Below, piece after piece: positions 28,233-40,610 of a stretch of 64,000 bases of DNA. The position numbers and the translations under genes were made by a program. Under the pieces are notes generated by a model, which was not told the DNA's origin, did no database searches, and saw only the letters and a program-made list of their open reading frames with translations. Source of the stretch: Selaginella moellendorffii (lineage: Eukaryota; Plantae; Lycopodiophyta); NCBI RefSeq assembly GCF_000143415.4, contig NW_003314262.1, positions 3,088,603 through 3,152,602 on the forward strand. Direction: 5' to 3'. Numbering within the stretch: position 1 is the stretch's first letter; every line of letters starts with the position of its first letter.

Positions 28233-29014
28233 CGCGCCGCGACGACGAAATCTCTGACGAAATCTCTGCTGCTAAAGCCAATGCAGGCCTCCCTGGACTG
28301 CCGATGCCCGATATTTCGCGAAAACCTTGCTCGATCCACGCAAGAACACCCTAGCTCTCGAAATATCGACCGCGAGAGCTCGAAATCTGGCAAGTGCTGC
28401 GGCGAATCCACCAGGAGCACCGCCACGGAGAGCCTGCCATGCACCAATGCTCGATATCGCTGCACAAACCGGATGAAACACCGAGAAGAAAGAAGAATCA
28501 CTGAGAATGGAGATAGAGAGCTAGCGGCGAGCGAGAGGCCGATGGAGCGCCTTCCATCCCGCTACGCAAACGCCAACCGCGCCGAAGACTCCACGAAGCG
28601 CAGCGCCGTCGCGAGAATCGCCGTGTTGCGGATCAGGGGAGCGATGAACTGTCTCCCAGCAAGGAATGCGCAAGGCTGTGGCAGAGCCGTCGATCTGGGC
28701 ATCGACGGTCGGGAGGGCTCCCTGTATTTTAGCCGTTGGATTGCCACGTTGCCGCGAGATCTGGTCGTCCATTTACTGTACGCGAGAAAGACCATATGGT
28801 ACATGAAAGAGGCGCATGATAGATATGAGAAGAAGGAATTTGATTAAAATTCCAAAGCGCCATGTGCACGAGACATGTGCTATGAAGCTTCCGCCAGCTT
28901 TGACAGGGTGATCCTTTAAAAATACCTAAAAGGTGGCGAGATAAACAAAATGGCGCCCACCTTTAATTTTTTAGGGCTCTTCGTGCGAGATTTAGGGTTC
29001 TTGAGATTCTTGCG

Positions 29015-29534
29015 ATGCGAGCGCTCAGTCAATGGCTGATCCTTGTTGGGATCTTGCGGCTCTCTGCAGTCTGGTTTGGATTCTTCGACATTTGGGCCCT
29101 GCGCAAGGCAGTCTTCTCGAAATCCTCAAGTAAGATGATCGATTCGCGACCGATTCGATCCATTCGATCCATTCTTTCTCGCTTGCAGTGACTGAGATCC
29201 ACGGGCGGACTTTTGGCGTGTGGACGCTGCTAACGTGCACGCTTTGCTTCGCTTGCGCGTTTAATCTGGAGAATCGCGAGCTCTACTGGGTCACATTCGC
29301 GTCGTTCGTTTACGCTCTTGGCCACTTTGTGACCGAGTTCTTGATCTACAAGACGATGGCTCTCTCAAACCTCGCCACAGTCTCGATCTTCGCTGGTACT
29401 GCTAACATCACTTAGCTCGATTTCTTGAATTCACTCCTTTCTTTCCAGGTGGTTCTATAATCTGGATGCTTCTCTTTCGTCGCAATTCAAATGTCTCTTC
29501 TAAAAAGATCCGAGCTGCTGGAAAAACAAACTAG
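29015..29534 (+). CDS. ERG28: Ergosterol biosynthetic protein 28, 3 exons
   Basis: MRALSQWLILVG.LRL..VWFGFFDIWALR.AVFS; HGRTFGVWTLLTCTLC; YALGHFVTEFLIY. Confidence 0.92.
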
Positions 29535-29633
29535 AAAGCTGAGTTTGCGATCGAGCCTCGATCCAATTGTCGATGGTGAGAGCCCAAAAAAAATTCACCG
29601 TTTTCTCGGTCGAATCGTTGATCCTAGAATCGC

Positions 29634-31090
29634 CTACGCGGCCTGCGATAAGATCTGGAGCCCGCCTTTGTCGTTAAACTCTCTCCGGAGTTTCTCCACG
29701 GCCATGAACGTCAGTGCCGAGGCTGGACACCACCACATCACTCTCGGCCCAGCTCCTTTGAACAGTCCCCTGATTCCTTCTTGTTCCTTTATCTTGGTGA
29801 TCGCATCGAGCCAGCCAGTGTACCTGGATTCGATGAGTCGCAAGTAAGCAAGCAATCGAAGATCTGGCAAAGCAACTTTAGTAACACACCTTGCCGATGT
29901 ACTTTGGACTTGCATCCGAGTCTTGACAACGTCGAAAGGAGTCGTCAGGAACGCACTGAAGCCTAGCCGAACAAAGAGTTAAAGCGGGGCATTTGATGCA
30001 CTGAGCTCTCACCTCCGGCCGCCCCGCCGAGCAAAAAGTCCTGCGAGCACGAAAGATCACCGTTGGCAACTTTCAAGGCTGTCTTCCTGAATGCTTCATA
30101 CAGAACGATCTGCAAATGCGCCAAACAAATGTCAGCAGGACAAAAAACAAAAGAAAGAACGACCAAAGTTAAAGTGTATACTACCTGCAAGCCTGCAAAA
30201 GGAATGTCACGCACAATGGTGGAGAGAAGGCTGCAAAGAAGAAAAGAAAACCATTCGTTAGCTCACTTCCAGGTCAGAGAAACTCACCCAGCGTAAAGGC
30301 CGCGAGTTCCTTCCTGCGCGTGGATCGCTCTCGCCGCATGAAACATCCCCGAGTAGTACTGGAAGACTGGAGCTTTTATCTGCTGCTGCTTCGCAGTCTC
30401 CCACGCCTTTCGAGAGCCTTGGACCTGCATTCGCTGCTTGATAACTTCGCACGGGACGTAGACCACCGCGCCAAGAGCATCTCCTGGAAGAAACAAATCG
30501 AAAGAGAGTAGAGATCGATTAGCGAGAATTCGTCGTTTAGAGAAAGAAAAGGAACTCCAAAGTACCAGCTGCGCCAGCGAAGAACAGTGCCCATGGTGTT
30601 GGTAAGTTTGGCCTCTTCTCTTGTAGCAAGTCCTTCGTGGTCTCGATGAAACCGAAATATGTGGCGCCCGTTACGAACGATCCAGTGACTCCCGGAAAGA
30701 CTCCCCGATAGAATCCTGTCAATCGCGTCAATGCCGGTAGAAGAAACGATCGAAATATCGCACCTCGGATGCCGTCCCTAGCGCCGATCGTCTTGGAAAC
30801 CTGGACAAGATTCGCATTCTGCGAAAGCGAAGCTCTGCTCGATCGACCGACGCAAGAAAAGGGAGCGAAATCTCTCTACCTGGCCGAAGCCGCTCTGGAG
30901 CCGCGTCTTGATCGTGTCCACGGGATGCATGATCGTCTCGCCGAAGCCGCACGCCAGGCCTCCCCATAGAAACTCCCTCCAAGCTGCCAAACAGAGAGAT
31001 CGAGATAGAAACCGAGAATGTGGCGCTCGATCCAGGAGAGATACCAGAGAGAGAGACGGCACTGCGCGATCCCCCCGAGTCGGCGATCAT
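29634..31090 (-). CDS. Mitochondrial substrate carrier family protein
   Basis: Three PxD/ExxKxR signatures (HPVDTIKTRLQ, VPCEVIKQRMQ, TPFDVVKTRMQ) and EG.RGL.G motifs. Confidence 0.92.
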
Positions 31091-31226
31091 CTCCCCGCCG
31101 GTAGCAAAATATCGCTCCTCCTCACGACCATAAACCCTAAGCCCCAAGCTAGGAGAGAGAAGTATATTCCCGGCACCAGTATTAGGGTTTGTACATTTGG
31201 ATTAGGGCTTTGGGGGTACAGCAGCT

Positions 31227-33376
31227 ATGGCGGAGAGCGGGCGCCCAGCTCATGGCGACTACGAGCGGCGATCTTCGTCCCCACGGATGGCCTCCAGTAA
31301 GCGGAAATACGAGGAGCCAGTGGAGGCGCCACCGCGGCAGCCGCCACAGCAGCAGCGTCCTCCTCCGCCGCCGCCGCCTTCTTCCGACAGCCAGCGCCCG
31401 TCTTACAAGAGCGTCCCTCCTCCTCTCTCGGGCTTCGAGGCGGCGAAGCAGCGCGCCGAGCAGATTGCCGCGCGCCTGGTTGGGGAAGTGGAGTACAAGA
31501 GAGCCCGGACGAGCGCGGATGACAACGATGGCGTGGCCAGCAATGTGGAGCGCGCCGGGGGACACTATGGGCATCAAGGTACTCGCTACTGTTGGTTGAT
31601 TGCTGCTAGAAAGGACGATCCTCAATCTTCTTTGGTTCTTCCCCCTTTTTAATTTTCATTTAGATGATCGGCCTCCTTCAGATTCGTACGTCCAGCACCA
31701 GACTAAGAGAGTGGACGTTCCTAATACCAAGGTTTGTATCGAGAAGTTCCTTTGTTGTTGTTTTTTTTTTTTTTTTGATCTTATGAGTTTTTTTGGTTTT
31801 GCAGGTTGGGCTCGTGATTGGCAAGGGAGGTGAGACTATCAGGACCTTGCAACAGCAATCCGGTGCTAAGATTCAAGTGACCAGAGATGCCGAGGCTGAT
31901 CCGGGCGCAGTAACAAGGCAGGTTGAGCTCACTGGTACCCCTGAACAGATTTCTCGGGCCGAGCAACTTATCAGAGAAGTCGTGGGAGATGTACGCGAAA
32001 GTCTTTTTTTTTTGTTTTCTTCTCTGGCCTTTTGGTCTTTCTCTTTTGCAAGGGAGCTGAAGGTAACGCTTGTTTTGCAGCAGGGTATCGTGGGAGGACC
32101 CGTGGGAGGTGGAGGCACTGGCAGTGTTGGAGATCCAATACACGTCCGGGTTCCAAATAACAAGGTTCTTTATGCAGTCTTTGCTGGAGCTATTTTAATC
32201 TAGATTTCGTCACAGGTCGGTCTGATCATCGGGAAAGGTGGTGAGACCATTAGAAATCTCCAACAAACATCCGGGGCACGAATTCAGGTATCAAGTCTAT
32301 AGTTGTGTTAGCCAACGGGCTGGAGATTTTCCTAACGTTTTTCTTCTCCTGTTAGGTGCAACATGATAGAGAAACGGAGCCAGGTGCCACGGAGAGGATC
32401 GTGACGTTAGTAGGGACCAAGCAACAGACCGACATTGCAACTGACATGATCAAAGATGTCATTGGAGAGGTATTTCTTATCAGTATTTCAGGTTTGGTGA
32501 TAGCATTCTTGGAAGTCGTGTCGTCCTCCTGGCTTGTAACCATTTCATTTTGCTTGCTTGGTAAGACAACCTTGCGAAAATTTGCCGTCCCCTTTTTGTT
32601 CTCTCTGTGCGGCTCTAACCTTCAACAGTAAGCATTAGGAGGCAAAAGTTCGTCTCATCAGCAGTGTGAAAAAAAAACCATGATACTCTTTTCCCAATGG
32701 TATGTTTCTTGAGGTCTCTAGAGTAGTCACATTATCTATGCTTTCGAAAACTCTTCTTTGTTCTTATACTTTCTTCCTTGCATTCTATATGCCTGTGCTT
32801 GTGTCTGTTTATGCTAAGTATACACTGACCTTGCAGGGACGCTCGAGGGCCGGAGGCTACCAGCAAGGCTTTCGACCGGCCTGGGGTGGTCAGTCACAGT
32901 CCCAGTCCGGCTATGGCTACCAGCAGCAGCAAGGCTACGGCTCACAGCAGTATGGAAACTACTGGGACCAAAACCAACAGCAGGGTGGCTCTTACGACTA
33001 CTACCAAAACTCGGAGGGTGGCGGCCAGCAAAACGAGGGCGATCCAAACTACAACTATGGACAGCAGGGGTACTACTACGACCAGCAAGCACCGTACGAC
33101 CAGCAGTACCCGCAAGGCTACGATCAATCAGGATACAACCAGGCGGGCGGCTACAACCAGGATCAAGAGTACGCTGGTGCTACTGGCTATGGCTACGAGT
33201 ATGATCAGTCCTATGCTTACGATCAATCGGGACAGTATGCTCAAGCAGCCGAGGGAGGAGCAGCAGCTGCGAATGCCGCTGCGAATTCTGCTGCTGCCAG
33301 TGCTCCAGGATCAGAGTCTTACTCGCAGCAGCCACCGCCAGCGTCCTCGTCGGCTGCTCAAACGGCTCATACTTGA
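31227..33376 (+). CDS. KH-domain RNA-binding protein (FUBP-like, two KH domains, Y/Q/G-rich tail)
   Basis: Two VPN.K|VGL.IGKGGETIR.LQQ.SGA.IQV repeats; FEAAKQRAEQIAARL N-terminal motif. Confidence 0.92.
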
Positions 33377-33902
33377 TTGAAAGATGGATCATCGCGTCGG
33401 TATGTGGCGAAAATTTTTTTTTTTCTCGTTTTTTTTCTTCACTTTTCTTCTATTTCTACTTCTTCTCTACTTGGTTCTTTTGCTTTCATCTTGCTGGCAG
33501 CCAGCATAAACAGCAGCGCAGCAGCACAGGCTAGGTACTATTAAAGAAAAAAAAAAGTTTTGGTTTCTTCTCTAACTCTTTTTGTGTGAAAATTTTGGGC
33601 TTTGTGTTAACAAGATAGATCAGCTGATAAGAAAAGAGAGGGTGTTCTTCCTATTGTTTGGTATTTACAAAAAGGAATTTGCGCTCTTTGATGCTTTGGG
33701 TATAAACACTGAGGAGAAGTAGCTCTCTTTTCACTCCATTTTTTTTTTCCTTTGTTTTTCTCGGCTGTAAAAAATCCAATTTTCATCTTCTCGCCTTCAT
33801 CCCTGCTGGATTTTGTTCGCGTTCTTCCTTTTCCTTCCTGTTGGATTGATTGATCGATCATGGCTTCTCTTGCGACGATGGATCCGATCCAATCCACTCC
33901 CG

Positions 33903-34772
33903 TCACTTCTTGTGCAAGTGGATCCGGCCAGACTGCGCAGCGTCCACGATGAGATCCAGCAGCGGCCTCTCGGGGTGGAACTTCATGAACTGGAGGTTCC
34001 TCTGGTACATGTCCACCAGCTTGAGCGCGTCCACATTGTCCACGTAGATGTGCCACTGCGCGAATGGAAGCAAGCTCCTGGACCAGGCGATGGCGTCCAG
34101 GATGGCCATCAATCCGACCGACACCGCCGACACGCTGCCCTTGTCCAATCCTCGCATCATCGGCGAGTAGCCCTGGTGCTCGTACCTCATCTCGTCGAAT
34201 TCGTCGTTCCACACCAGCGCCCGCGCGACGCAGTGGCCCTTGTAGTAGACCCAGTAGCCCGCGCGAAGATCCGAGCCACGGACGTGGAAGAAACCCTTGG
34301 TGAAGACGTTCCAGGGCGCCGTCGCCTCCCACTCGTGCTCGCCGCCATCGATCGTCGACACCCACAGCGGCAAGATCCGCCGCTTGCTGCCGCTGCCATC
34401 CTCGCCCTCGCAAGCGTAGGGATACGAATCATCGATCGCCCCAACCGCGGCGGCGCCGGAAGCCAGGGCGAGGTCGGATTCCTCCTCCTCGGCGGCGGCG
34501 GCGGCGGCGGAGTGACTGTGGTGGTGGTGGAGAAGATTGGGTGGCGGCGAGGCGGCGCTGGCAGTGGCGATCCCGGCGGCGGGGGAAGGAGCAGCACTAG
34601 GGATCTTGGAGCCGTCGGCGGCCCTGGCGTGCTTCATGGAGAGGGGGCATTCCAGCGGCGCGCAGCAATCCGACTTCCTCTTGCCGCGGGCGCCGATGGA
34701 GGAGGATCTGGTTGCGCCGCCCGCGGCCGCGAGCTTTGCAAAGAGATCCGAAGGTGCGTCGCCGATCCCCAT
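33903..34772 (-). CDS. Intronless 289-aa protein with a degenerate RNase H-like C-terminal domain
   Basis: GC3-rich open frame with a telo-box upstream; WNVFTKG...AGYWVY, SVGLMAILDAI and WHIYVDNVDAL follow RNase HI secondary-structure motifs. Confidence 0.65.
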   Translation of the reverse strand: MGIGDAPSDLFAKLAAAGGATRSSSIGARGKRKSDCCAPLECPLSMKHARAADGSKIPSAAPSPAAGIATASAASPPPNLLHHHHSHSAAAAAAEEEESDLALASGAAAVGAIDDSYPYACEGEDGSGSKRRILPLWVSTIDGGEHEWEATAPWNVFTKGFFHVRGSDLRAGYWVYYKGHCVARALVWNDEFDEMRYEHQGYSPMMRGLDKGSVSAVSVGLMAILDAIAWSRSLLPFAQWHIYVDNVDALKLVDMYQRNLQFMKFHPERPLLDLIVDAAQSGRIHLHKK

Positions 34773-35034
34773 ATCCGCAACACGCCCCCCACGAACCCTA
34801 AAATTTCCAGAGAAAGCCCTACGTGGCCAGACAAACTTTTTTGTGTGTTTGACGCCGAATATTCGCGGGAAACAAAACTGGCATATTCTCGCCCGGCAAC
34901 TGGATATTCGCGGGCTATGGATCGATCACGAAGGAAAGGAACGTACATTGTAAGTTGCCGTAGCTCTTGGGCTAGCTAACACCAAGAGAGGCAACAATTT
35001 GATACAACAGCCATCGATCTCTATAGTTTTCTAG

Positions 35035-35700
35035 CTAAGAGAAAAAAAACAATGATCTTAGCTCATGAGAAATTCTCGAAGAGCTCCTCCCTCTCGTCGC
35101 TGTAGATCTCTTCAGCGCGAACTTGTGATCGCCGTACTGAAGCGCGAACGCTTCCCACAGCAGCTCCTGGGACGGCCTCGGGTAGAAACTCTCGTTGTGA
35201 GGACACACACCTTCGGTTCTCGCCTCGCAGGATCCCACGCTAGCTGAATTTTGATCAGAGTGCGGTGGAGGTGTGCAGTGAATCGCCCCCCAAGTGGCGC
35301 AAAGATCCAGTCCCATTGCTTCGGCTTCTGTGAAGCCTACAGCGGGCTCGGGAGCCCAGCTTCCTTTTGACGATCCGTTCCCCTCCCACAAGTGATCTGA
35401 GAGAACCGACAATGGCAACGTCTCCAGCTTCTCCATGACGATGACCGGAACATCGTAGGCTTTCAAGCCACAGAGCTGGACGTTGAGCGATCTTGCAATC
35501 TCGTTTGCACTAGAAAAGAATGCGATGAGGCGAGCGACCTGGACCGTGGAAGAAACCCGGCTACATGACTCGAACACGACCTTGTGCGTATCATACTCGC
35601 GCTCCAAGTCCTCCTCCTCTGATTCTCCTACCTTGAAAGCAAACTTCACATTCCCGTGCACTCCTTTGTCCAGGAGTTCGAGCTAGATCACGCGATCGGT
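35035..35700 (-). pseudogene. Truncated protein-kinase N-lobe remnant
   Basis: *LELLDKGVHGNVKFAFKV...DLEREY...VIVMEKL (Gly loop, beta3 Lys, alphaC Glu, hinge); in-frame stop upstream; no HRD/DFG. Confidence 0.55.
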
Positions 35701-36249
35701 AATTCGGATAAAAACTCCGAAACATAGTTTCTGGATAGTAGAAGACGCAAAGAGAGCTCCTTGACTTTTCCATATCTATACCTCCGCTCCTATGAATTCA
35801 AGAGGAAAAACAATCGGAACATGACATTTTCATGGTACCTGTGACAGTTAAGCTCGTTGTTGGCTTCCTCTTGATCCTCGACTGTGTTTCTCTTCCTGTA
35901 ATTGTTATGTTATACGTTTTGGAACTTTTTGAAGTTTGGTAACTGCAGTTCCATCGATTGCTATCTGAGAGCCCAGTGTTCCTATAGGAAAGTAAAGCTA
36001 GTAAACCTTGCACCTTGGAATGTAAAATTTACCCGGAAGAATTCAATCGCTTAGAAGCTCGGTGGTTGTTCATGCAGCTGTGTCCCTCTCCTCCAGTAGT
36101 TGTTTTTGCTCCACAGCTTTGTCTAGCTCTTGCTTGTTCTTGCTGTTTTTTGATGTTTCCTACAAATCAAGCATATATCCCAATGAACAATTCACACGTT
36201 AAAGCGTCTGTCCTCCAAGAGAACACGGGTCAACGGCCAATTCATATAT

Positions 36250-37960
36250 TGTCTTCCGTTTCTGAATTTCATTAAGCAGTTGCTCGCAACTAAAAATTAT
36301 AAAAATGTTAAACATGCGACAACAAACAATAACTATTTACCTGCGAAGTCCTACATTCACGAAGACGATTGTTAAATGACTTGTCGCGGGGACCATGTCT
36401 CTCGGCGAGTAACCTGCTGATAAAAGTACGGATAAAAGTAGTCCAGAACAAATACCATTAAAACCGAGGACAAACCACCTTCGAATGGTCATCTCGAGCT
36501 GCTGAACTTAAGAACTCACTGCAAAAGGAGAAAGTTAATCGTCTGAACATGGCCCCTAAAATAAGTTTTCAAGACTCAAATAAGAACATTAAGAGCGAAG
36601 ACACCACAACTAATCACGAAGCTCTTTAATTTCTTTTTCCTGCCGCTTAAGAAGAGCTGTATCTACAAAAACAGGAAATGAAAAAATACGCATGAGAAGC
36701 TGGTCAGCTGCAAACTGCGCCTCCGGGATCCATACCTCATTGACGTGCGTGCATGTGAAGCTTTTTTCGATCTCGAGGCAAATTGAACTGTTATTTTGTT
36801 TCGTCTGTGTGTTTCTGAAACAATACGAAACTTTGACGCACTGAGTAGCTGACGTGTTACCTCACCCGGTGTAATGGTGACCTTACGAGCAAAGATCTCG
36901 CTGTGGCACCTCATTAAAGAATCTCTTGGCCTGGTTCATGAGCCCTAGATCAAAGATAACCTCTGGTGGCTTCTTTGGCATTGTTGGACCAAAAAGACCG
37001 TGGTATGTTCTCAAAGATTCGGTAGCCTGAAGCTAGCATTCTGCATTGTGGATAAACAACTTGCATTCAATATCGAACTGCAGCATTCTTTCAAAAACAT
37101 GTTTTTGGTCCAGTGTGTTACCGTCTAAAGAGGATTAAAGAATGCGCATCAGTTTGCTGTCCAGGTACGCTATATAACCTTTATCATTGGAATATGTGAA
37201 AAAACAATGAAGCTAGGAGGAGGAAAGTGTTACCTTTTCCTGGACCCTCGCTCAGCTTATTTCTAACAGTTCCAATAGTCATGAGACTTTTGCTAATGTG
37301 TTGTCCCTCCTTAAGTCGAAATCCTCCAGCTCCTGTTTTTGCAACATGCTCAGAACCTGCTAGATCTACCAGGTTCTGAAAAGCACAAGTTATAGTGCAA
37401 ACGTATAGATCGTAAAATTCTAGGCTTACCACACTCGAACAGAGTCCTGTTTCTGTTGTTGTCAATGACCTGTGTGCGTGATTCACGATACATACCATCC
37501 GAAATATAGAGTGAGATCGACTACTGTCTCTGTTCATGTTCGTCTCGCCAAAATGACGTGTGCTGCAACAATGTCAGTACCCCTACCTTCTCCAAGCTTT
37601 AAGAATGGTCAGGACTGTTAACAACTTCCTCTCTGAGTCCAGCAACAAACAACCCCTTCTGTACAATGAAGTGTAAGAATGTGAGAAACACTTGCAATGT
37701 GAGAAATACTTGCAAATGTTACCTTGAAATTCTCGTGTTAAGAGGCCGTTCATCTCTTCGCTATAAATCTCCATGTAAGAAACACGAACTAGGAACTCCC
37801 TGTTAGAATTCTAAATGAACAGAAGTCAGCAACACACAGTTCCGGGTTTCGATCTCCAGCAAACCTGGAACATGCTGTCAAAAACGTCTCGGATGATACC
37901 AGGATGATTATCAGAACCTTGCATCGTGTAAGTCTTCCCGCTACTCATACGCAAACACAT
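36250..37960 (-). pseudogene. Kinesin-7-like motor-domain pseudogene
   Basis: [40 protein letters not shown] and SKSLMTIGTV; disrupted reading frame. Confidence 0.85.
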
Positions 37961-38219
37961 GAAGATTGACTCTTTTTCAGGACTCAACTAAGAGAAGCTC
38001 TAAGCGCGACACTTTGCTCTCCCGCAGGTCGGATTCCTGGCGATCCAGTGGCGGTGGCGGCTGCGGCGCAGCAAGATTTGTGACTGTGATGATCAGCAAA
38101 CACGAACAGGAAGGCGAGAGGAATGGCGAGAGCGCTATAGGCATCAATGATTATGGCGCCATTCCTCTCTCCGTATCGTTCGAATCCCTTACGGTGACTC
38201 TCTCTCTACCCTTGCGGCT

Positions 38220-40270
38220 ATGGAGGATCCCGTGTGTTTCCATCGGCAGGCAGCGGCAGCGCTGGAGCTCCTGGTGCCGTCAAGCATCCCTTGTCTTCGT
38301 CAATCGGTGCTATCCCGCAGGCAAGCTCCAATTCAATCGCAGCGAGAGCCTGATGCTTTCTCTCTCGAGGATTTCCTCTTTGGCTACCATGGCATCATCC
38401 TCAACTGCTCTGTCGTCCCTGGCGACTTGTCCAAGCACAATGTCTGGGAAGACATCTGCTCGATCTACCAGGAGATCCGCTGCAAAGGTAGAAAACCGTA
38501 AATAAAGCTTCTTTGTGATCTAAAAATCCTTTTTTCTTGTAGACTTCAAAGACGCTCCGCCTCCAGTCAAGGCGGTGCGCCTCCTCGAGCTACTGCTGCG
38601 TTTGGTCAGGCCGAGATCCAACGTCCTGGACAATGTGCTCGTCGTCACAGCTCCAGACAATGTGAGACACTTTGTGGAGGTTTTGCGTTGCTACTACCAC
38701 CCTTGGACGCTGGTGGGAAGCATGGAGGAGCACCAGTGGATGCTGGATCGTCTGGATATAGTTGTGGCGAGCCCTCGAGAGGCTCGCAAGCTGAAGGCCA
38801 GCATCACACTTCTCGCGCTTGTTCTCGTTGACGACGACAAGCCCGAGTTTTTCAGCCAGGTAAGTGTTTTGTTCCTTTCCTTCTTTCAGTGCGTTACTTG
38901 ATCCGTGTGCTTGACAGGTTATGGACCTGGTGGAGTCCCTCCTGTCTTTCAGCCTCCCGACATCACTGAAATCTTCCCCTTGCAGGTTTGCCTTCCTTGT
39001 TTAGCCTCACCCAAACTTTTGTATTTGCAGGCCTGCCAAGGTGGATGTAATCAATTACCTTGCTCCCTGGAAAGCGGTCAACATGAGCAAAGAGCTACGC
39101 CGGGCTATAGAGTTGTCAATCCCAGGTATGTATCTTCGCTTCTTTCTCTTTCTTTCTTTTTTCTTCTAGTGATTGGTGGAGTTCGCTTCGATTGTTTCAG
39201 AAGCAGCGTGTTGCTCTGGTTTGCTCGACCCGTGCTTCCGCAATGCGGTCCAGATGTTCTCCGTGTTTCGACGCAACGTTGTGTGCCAGGACTGGTCTGG
39301 CATTGTGGCCTTCATGCCGGGCCTCATTCCCGATTCCACAAGCACTGCTTCAATAGTTCTCGCTCCAGGCCACAGGATTCCTCAGCTTGCGGAGCTGTTG
39401 CAGGCTTTCGTGGACGGCTTGGGACTGTTTGAAGTTCAAGTGGCATGCCTCCCAGCGATCACGAATGAACTTTCACCCAGAATTGTCCTCGGGACTCCGG
39501 ACAGGATGCACGAAGCACTGTGCGGGGGCAGCACGACTTGGAAGCCACACAGAGCGGTCCTGGTGGAGACGGATGTGATTCTTTCGACACACAAAGTACA
39601 TGTGGAGGCAATATGCTCCAACCTTTGGAGCCACGACGTGATCTTGGGGATCCACTCGCTAGACCCATCTCCCGACGTAGAAGACATTGTAACAAGGTTT
39701 TGCAAGGGCGAGACTACAAGGATTCCCAGGCCAGGCATCACCTTAAGCTCAGTCAAGCACTTCTATGCAGCTGTCAAGAGCGCCAGTGACAAGCTCGCCA
39801 AGCTCGGGGAAGTGTGGAAGTTGTTTCGGACCAGGAGCGACACAGTGACAGTCTACTGCAACTCGGTATCGCAGGTGGAACTGGTTGCTTCTGGGATGGA
39901 AAGTGCGGGTTTTGAAGTGGCTGCAACGCACACTGGCATGCCAAAGCACTGCATTGAAGAGACGAATCGGGCTTTCTGTCAGCGTGGTTTGCTTCTAATC
40001 ACCAACATAATCTACAGCGGCGGGAGGCAGCATGTGATCAACTTTGACATGCCCGAGTCTGCGGATGAGTACTTAGCGAGAGCAGGCGTACAAAGCAGAC
40101 TTTGGACGAGAAAGGTGGTGAGCATCTGCTCTGAGCTTGAAGTTTGTTTGCTGCACGAGTTCGAGAGGAGCCTTGGTTTTGAGGCCGATCTCCTGGTTGC
40201 AAGAGACCATCGTCTGAATGGAAAGAAGCCACCACGGCTAGAGATAGGCAAGAGAAAGAATAATGTGTAA
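38220..40270 (+). CDS. eIF4A-derived DEAD-box pseudo-helicase, copy 1 (5 exons)
   Basis: IVLGTPDR, VLVETDVIL (DEAD position), VKHFY, VYCNS, HTGM, HVINFDMP and YLARAG; the exons join in frame at canonical GT-AG sites. Confidence 0.75.
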
Positions 40271-40449
40271 GTTCATAATGATTTTCCAGGAATCTATAAT
40301 CACCAAAATTATTCTCCAGCTTTGAGATTCTCAGGATCTCAAAATCCTCTACATGTGCTGTAGCTCCACCACCTTACAGTCCTAATCCACATCACCACTC
40401 TGACTGCCTCTTTGATTACGAGTTTGATTCTTCACAAGTTTGTGCAGTA

Positions 40450-40610
40450 CAGGCTCTTTGGATGAGAAAGGTGGTGAGCCTGCTCTAAGCTTGAAGTTTG
40501 TTTGCTGCACGAGTTTGAGAGGAGCCTTGGTTTCGAGGCTGATCTCCTGGTTGCAAGAGACCATCGTCTGAGGGGAAAGAAGCCACCTCAATGAAAGAGG
40601 CAAGAAAAAA
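40450..40610 (+). pseudogene. Third partial copy of the 3' end of the pseudo-helicase gene
   Basis: Near-identical to 40095-40260. Confidence 0.8.

Noticed and set aside
32470-32836. Poison cassette exon in the long KH-gene intron
   Set aside because: The candidate acceptor is only ~20 nt from the donor, too short for an intron; cannot be supported without RNA data.
33813-34979. 388-aa plus-strand ORF
   Set aside because: Antisense shadow of the GC3-rich gene at 33903-34772; the same applies to 17483-18331, 24474-25493 (alternative frame) and 28017-28847.
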